From assembly GCA_009914755.4 (NCBI GenBank), contig CP086569.2:15712001-15776000 (forward strand): DNA of 64,000 bases, written 5' to 3'. Below the pieces are notes generated by a model. It did no database searches and was not told the DNA's origin. It saw only the letters and a list, made by a program, of their open reading frames with translations. Source of the stretch: the human T2T-CHM13v2.0 reference genome, Homo sapiens. Both the position numbers and the translations under genes were made by a program. This document shows, one piece after another, positions 61,648 to 64,000 of this stretch. Within the stretch, counting starts at the first letter, position 1. Each line of letters starts with the position of its first letter.

Positions 61648-63080
61648 GTTCTGAAATTGAGGCAGTAATTAATAGCCTACAGAAAAAAAAAAAAAATCTA
61701 GGACTGGATGGATTCACTTTAGAATTCTACCAGAGGTACAAATAGTAGTTGGTACCATTCTTTCTGAAACTATTCCAAACAATAGAAAAAGAGGGACCCT
61801 ACCTAACTCATTTTATGAGTCCAGCATCATCCTGATACTAAAAACTGGAAAAGACAAAACAAAAAAAGAAAATTTCAGGCCAATATCACTGGTGAACATT
61901 GACGTGAAAATCATCAATAAAATACTGGCAAACCAAATCCAGTAGCTTGTCAAAAAGATTATCCAACACTGTCAGTTCAGCTTCATCTCAGGAATGCAAG
62001 GCTGGTTCAATATACACAAATCAATAAACATAATCCACCACATAAACAGAACCAATGACAAAAAACACATAATTATCTCAACAGATGCAGAAAAGGCCTT
62101 TGACAAAGTTCAACATCCCTTCATGCTAAAAACTCTCAATAAACTAGGTTTTTATGGTATGTATCTGAAAATAATAAGAGCCATTTATGACAAACCCATA
62201 GCAAATATCATACTTAATTGGCAAAAACTGGAAACAATTACTTTGAAAAACAGCACAAGAAAAGAAAGCCCTCTCTCACCACTGCTATTCAACGTAGTAT
62301 AGGAATTTCTGGCCAGGACAACGAGGTAAGAGAGAGAAATGAAGAGTATTCAATTAAGAAAATAAAAAGTCAAATTGTCTCTGTTTGCAGATGACATGAT
62401 TGTATATGTAGAAATCCTCATTATCTCAGCCCAAAGTCTCCTTAAGCTGACAAGCAAGTCTCAGGATACAAAATCAATGTGAAAAAATCACAAGCATTCC
62501 TATACACTAATAACAGATAATCAGAAAGCCAAATCATGAGTCAGCTCCCATTCACTATTGCTATAAAGGAATAAAATATCTAGGAATACAACTCACAAGG
62601 GATGTGAAGGACTTCTTCAAGGAGAACTACAAACCACTGCTCAAGGAATTAAGAGAGGACAAAAACAAATGGAAAAACATTACATGCTCATGGATAGGAA
62701 GAATCAAATCATGAAAATGGCCATACTGCCCAAAGTAATTTATAGATCCAATGCTATCACCATCAAGCAACCATGACTTTCTTCACAGAATTAGAAAAAA
62801 CTATTGTAAACTTCACAGGGAACCAAAAAAGAGCCCACCTAGCCAAGAATACCCTAAGCAAAAAGAACAAAGCTGGAGGTATCAAGCTACCTGACTTCAA
62901 ACTATACTACAAAGCTACAGTAACGAAAACAGCAAGGTACTTGTACCAAAACAGATATATAGACCAAAGGAACAGAACAGAGTTCTCAGAAATAATACCA
63001 CACATCTACAGCCATCTGATCTTTGACAAACTTGACAAAAATAAGGAATGGAGAAAGGATTCCTTATTTAATAAATGGTG
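61648..63080 (+). mobile_element. L1 piece #3 (older, more diverged L1). The mid-ORF2 segment corresponds to piece #2 coordinates about 59135-60560.
   Basis: ...AGGACTGGATGGATTCACTTTAGAATTCTACCAGAGGTACAAA...GGAATGCAAGGCTGGTTCAATATACACAAATCAATAAAC...TTATTTAATAAATGGTGTTG. ORFs 61994-62302 and 62773-63084 are ORF2 fragments. Confidence 0.85.
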
Positions 63081-63424
63081 TTGAATGCCAAGTTTGTACT
63101 GCAGATTCTGGCCAAGAAACAGATGAAAGAAGTAAGCAGATTCAGGTATTTTGCCTGACAGAGCAGCTAAGGGACTGCATGGCTTAGCACAGCTGATGAG
63201 AGTGCAGCTGCAGCAGCCTCAGTAAGCCAAAGATGCTCACATTTATTTTTGTGTAGATCTGGGGACAAAGGCCTGGAGCCAATGCAATTTGTAATTAACA
63301 TGGTTGACCCCCCAAGTAGAGGGCAGTCCTGTGCACGAATGATCAAAGGTTGGTTTCTGGAGACATAAGTAAATCAATTTATCTGATAAGTTCCTTTACA
63401 TTCCCTTGTTAACTACCCTTTACC

Positions 63425-63500
63425 CTAAAGAGAATTTAGCTGTCATCAGCTAAATTTAACTCCAGAATTTAGCTTCTGTCATCAGCTAAATTCTCTTCTG
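63425..63500. repeat. Two adjacent short palindromes (hairpin-capable inverted repeats)
   Basis: AGAATTTAGCTGtcatCAGCTAAATTt ... AGAATTTAGCTtctgtcatcAGCTAAATTCT. Confidence 0.7.
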
Positions 63501-64000
63501 AGGTTTTTCAAAACCTCCTGGCCTTCCAAGAAGGTTTGTGTCTTTCCCTATTAACGTTTATAAATTTTCCAACCACTCTGATCAATCTACATCTCCCCTT
63601 TTTTTGTGTTTTTTTTTTGCATCAGATTTTGTTGTTTGGAGAGTACAGATGTGTGCAGCAACAGGTTTGTCAGGTGCAGCAGTTATAATTCATATTCTGG
63701 CTTTGAATCCTGGAATTAGTAAATAACATAAGGAAAACATGAGTATAATCAGTAATATTCTTTTCTAATCAAAGAGTGACCCCCCAGGAGTGGCGTTCTA
63801 TCCAGAAGAGATGTTCTTGCACATCCTTCCATATGGCTGTTTGTTGGGTGTATAGATGTACAGCATTTAGAGACTCTAGAATTTTAGTTTTAAGTTTCTT
63901 TACATCTGTGGTTAAATTATAATGTAGGGCTCCCCAGAGGTGTTGTTTTACCTCATCCTAACTATGTATTGATTGATTCTAAGATAGAGAGGTGACACAG

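Overview
This window is primate nuclear DNA, almost certainly human, and contains no prokaryotic-style operons. Translating the + strand gives the last three coding exons of a neuroligin-4 gene (NLGN4X or NLGN4Y, carboxylesterase type-B fold). They are exons of 186 bp (18777-18962) and 790 bp (24293-25082), and a terminal coding exon (34976-35825, stop TAG) followed by 3'UTR. Splice junctions and reading phases are consistent across all three. Several C-terminal residues differ from my recollection of NLGN4X, which suggests the Y-linked paralogue NLGN4Y, but this needs a database check. The rest is interspersed repeat. There are about 17 Alu elements. A THE1/MaLR solo LTR lies at 6538-6873. 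An ERV9/LTR12-type provirus of about 7.7 kb sits in the intron on the minus strand (8655-16325), with recognisable reverse-transcriptase and integrase remnants. An L1 5'UTR fragment is fused to an unclassified LTR-like element (27236-28445). An old L1M fragment lies at 49180-49720. Downstream of the gene is a 9.3 kb compound L1 block on the + strand (53740-63080), made of three abutting L1 pieces. There are many microsatellites and low-complexity tracts, including a 500 bp polypyrimidine tract and a 640 bp polypurine tract on either side of the 790 bp exon. I found no rRNA, tRNA, CRISPR array or plausible novel protein-coding system. Most six-frame ORFs outside the three exons are translations of repeats or low-complexity sequence.
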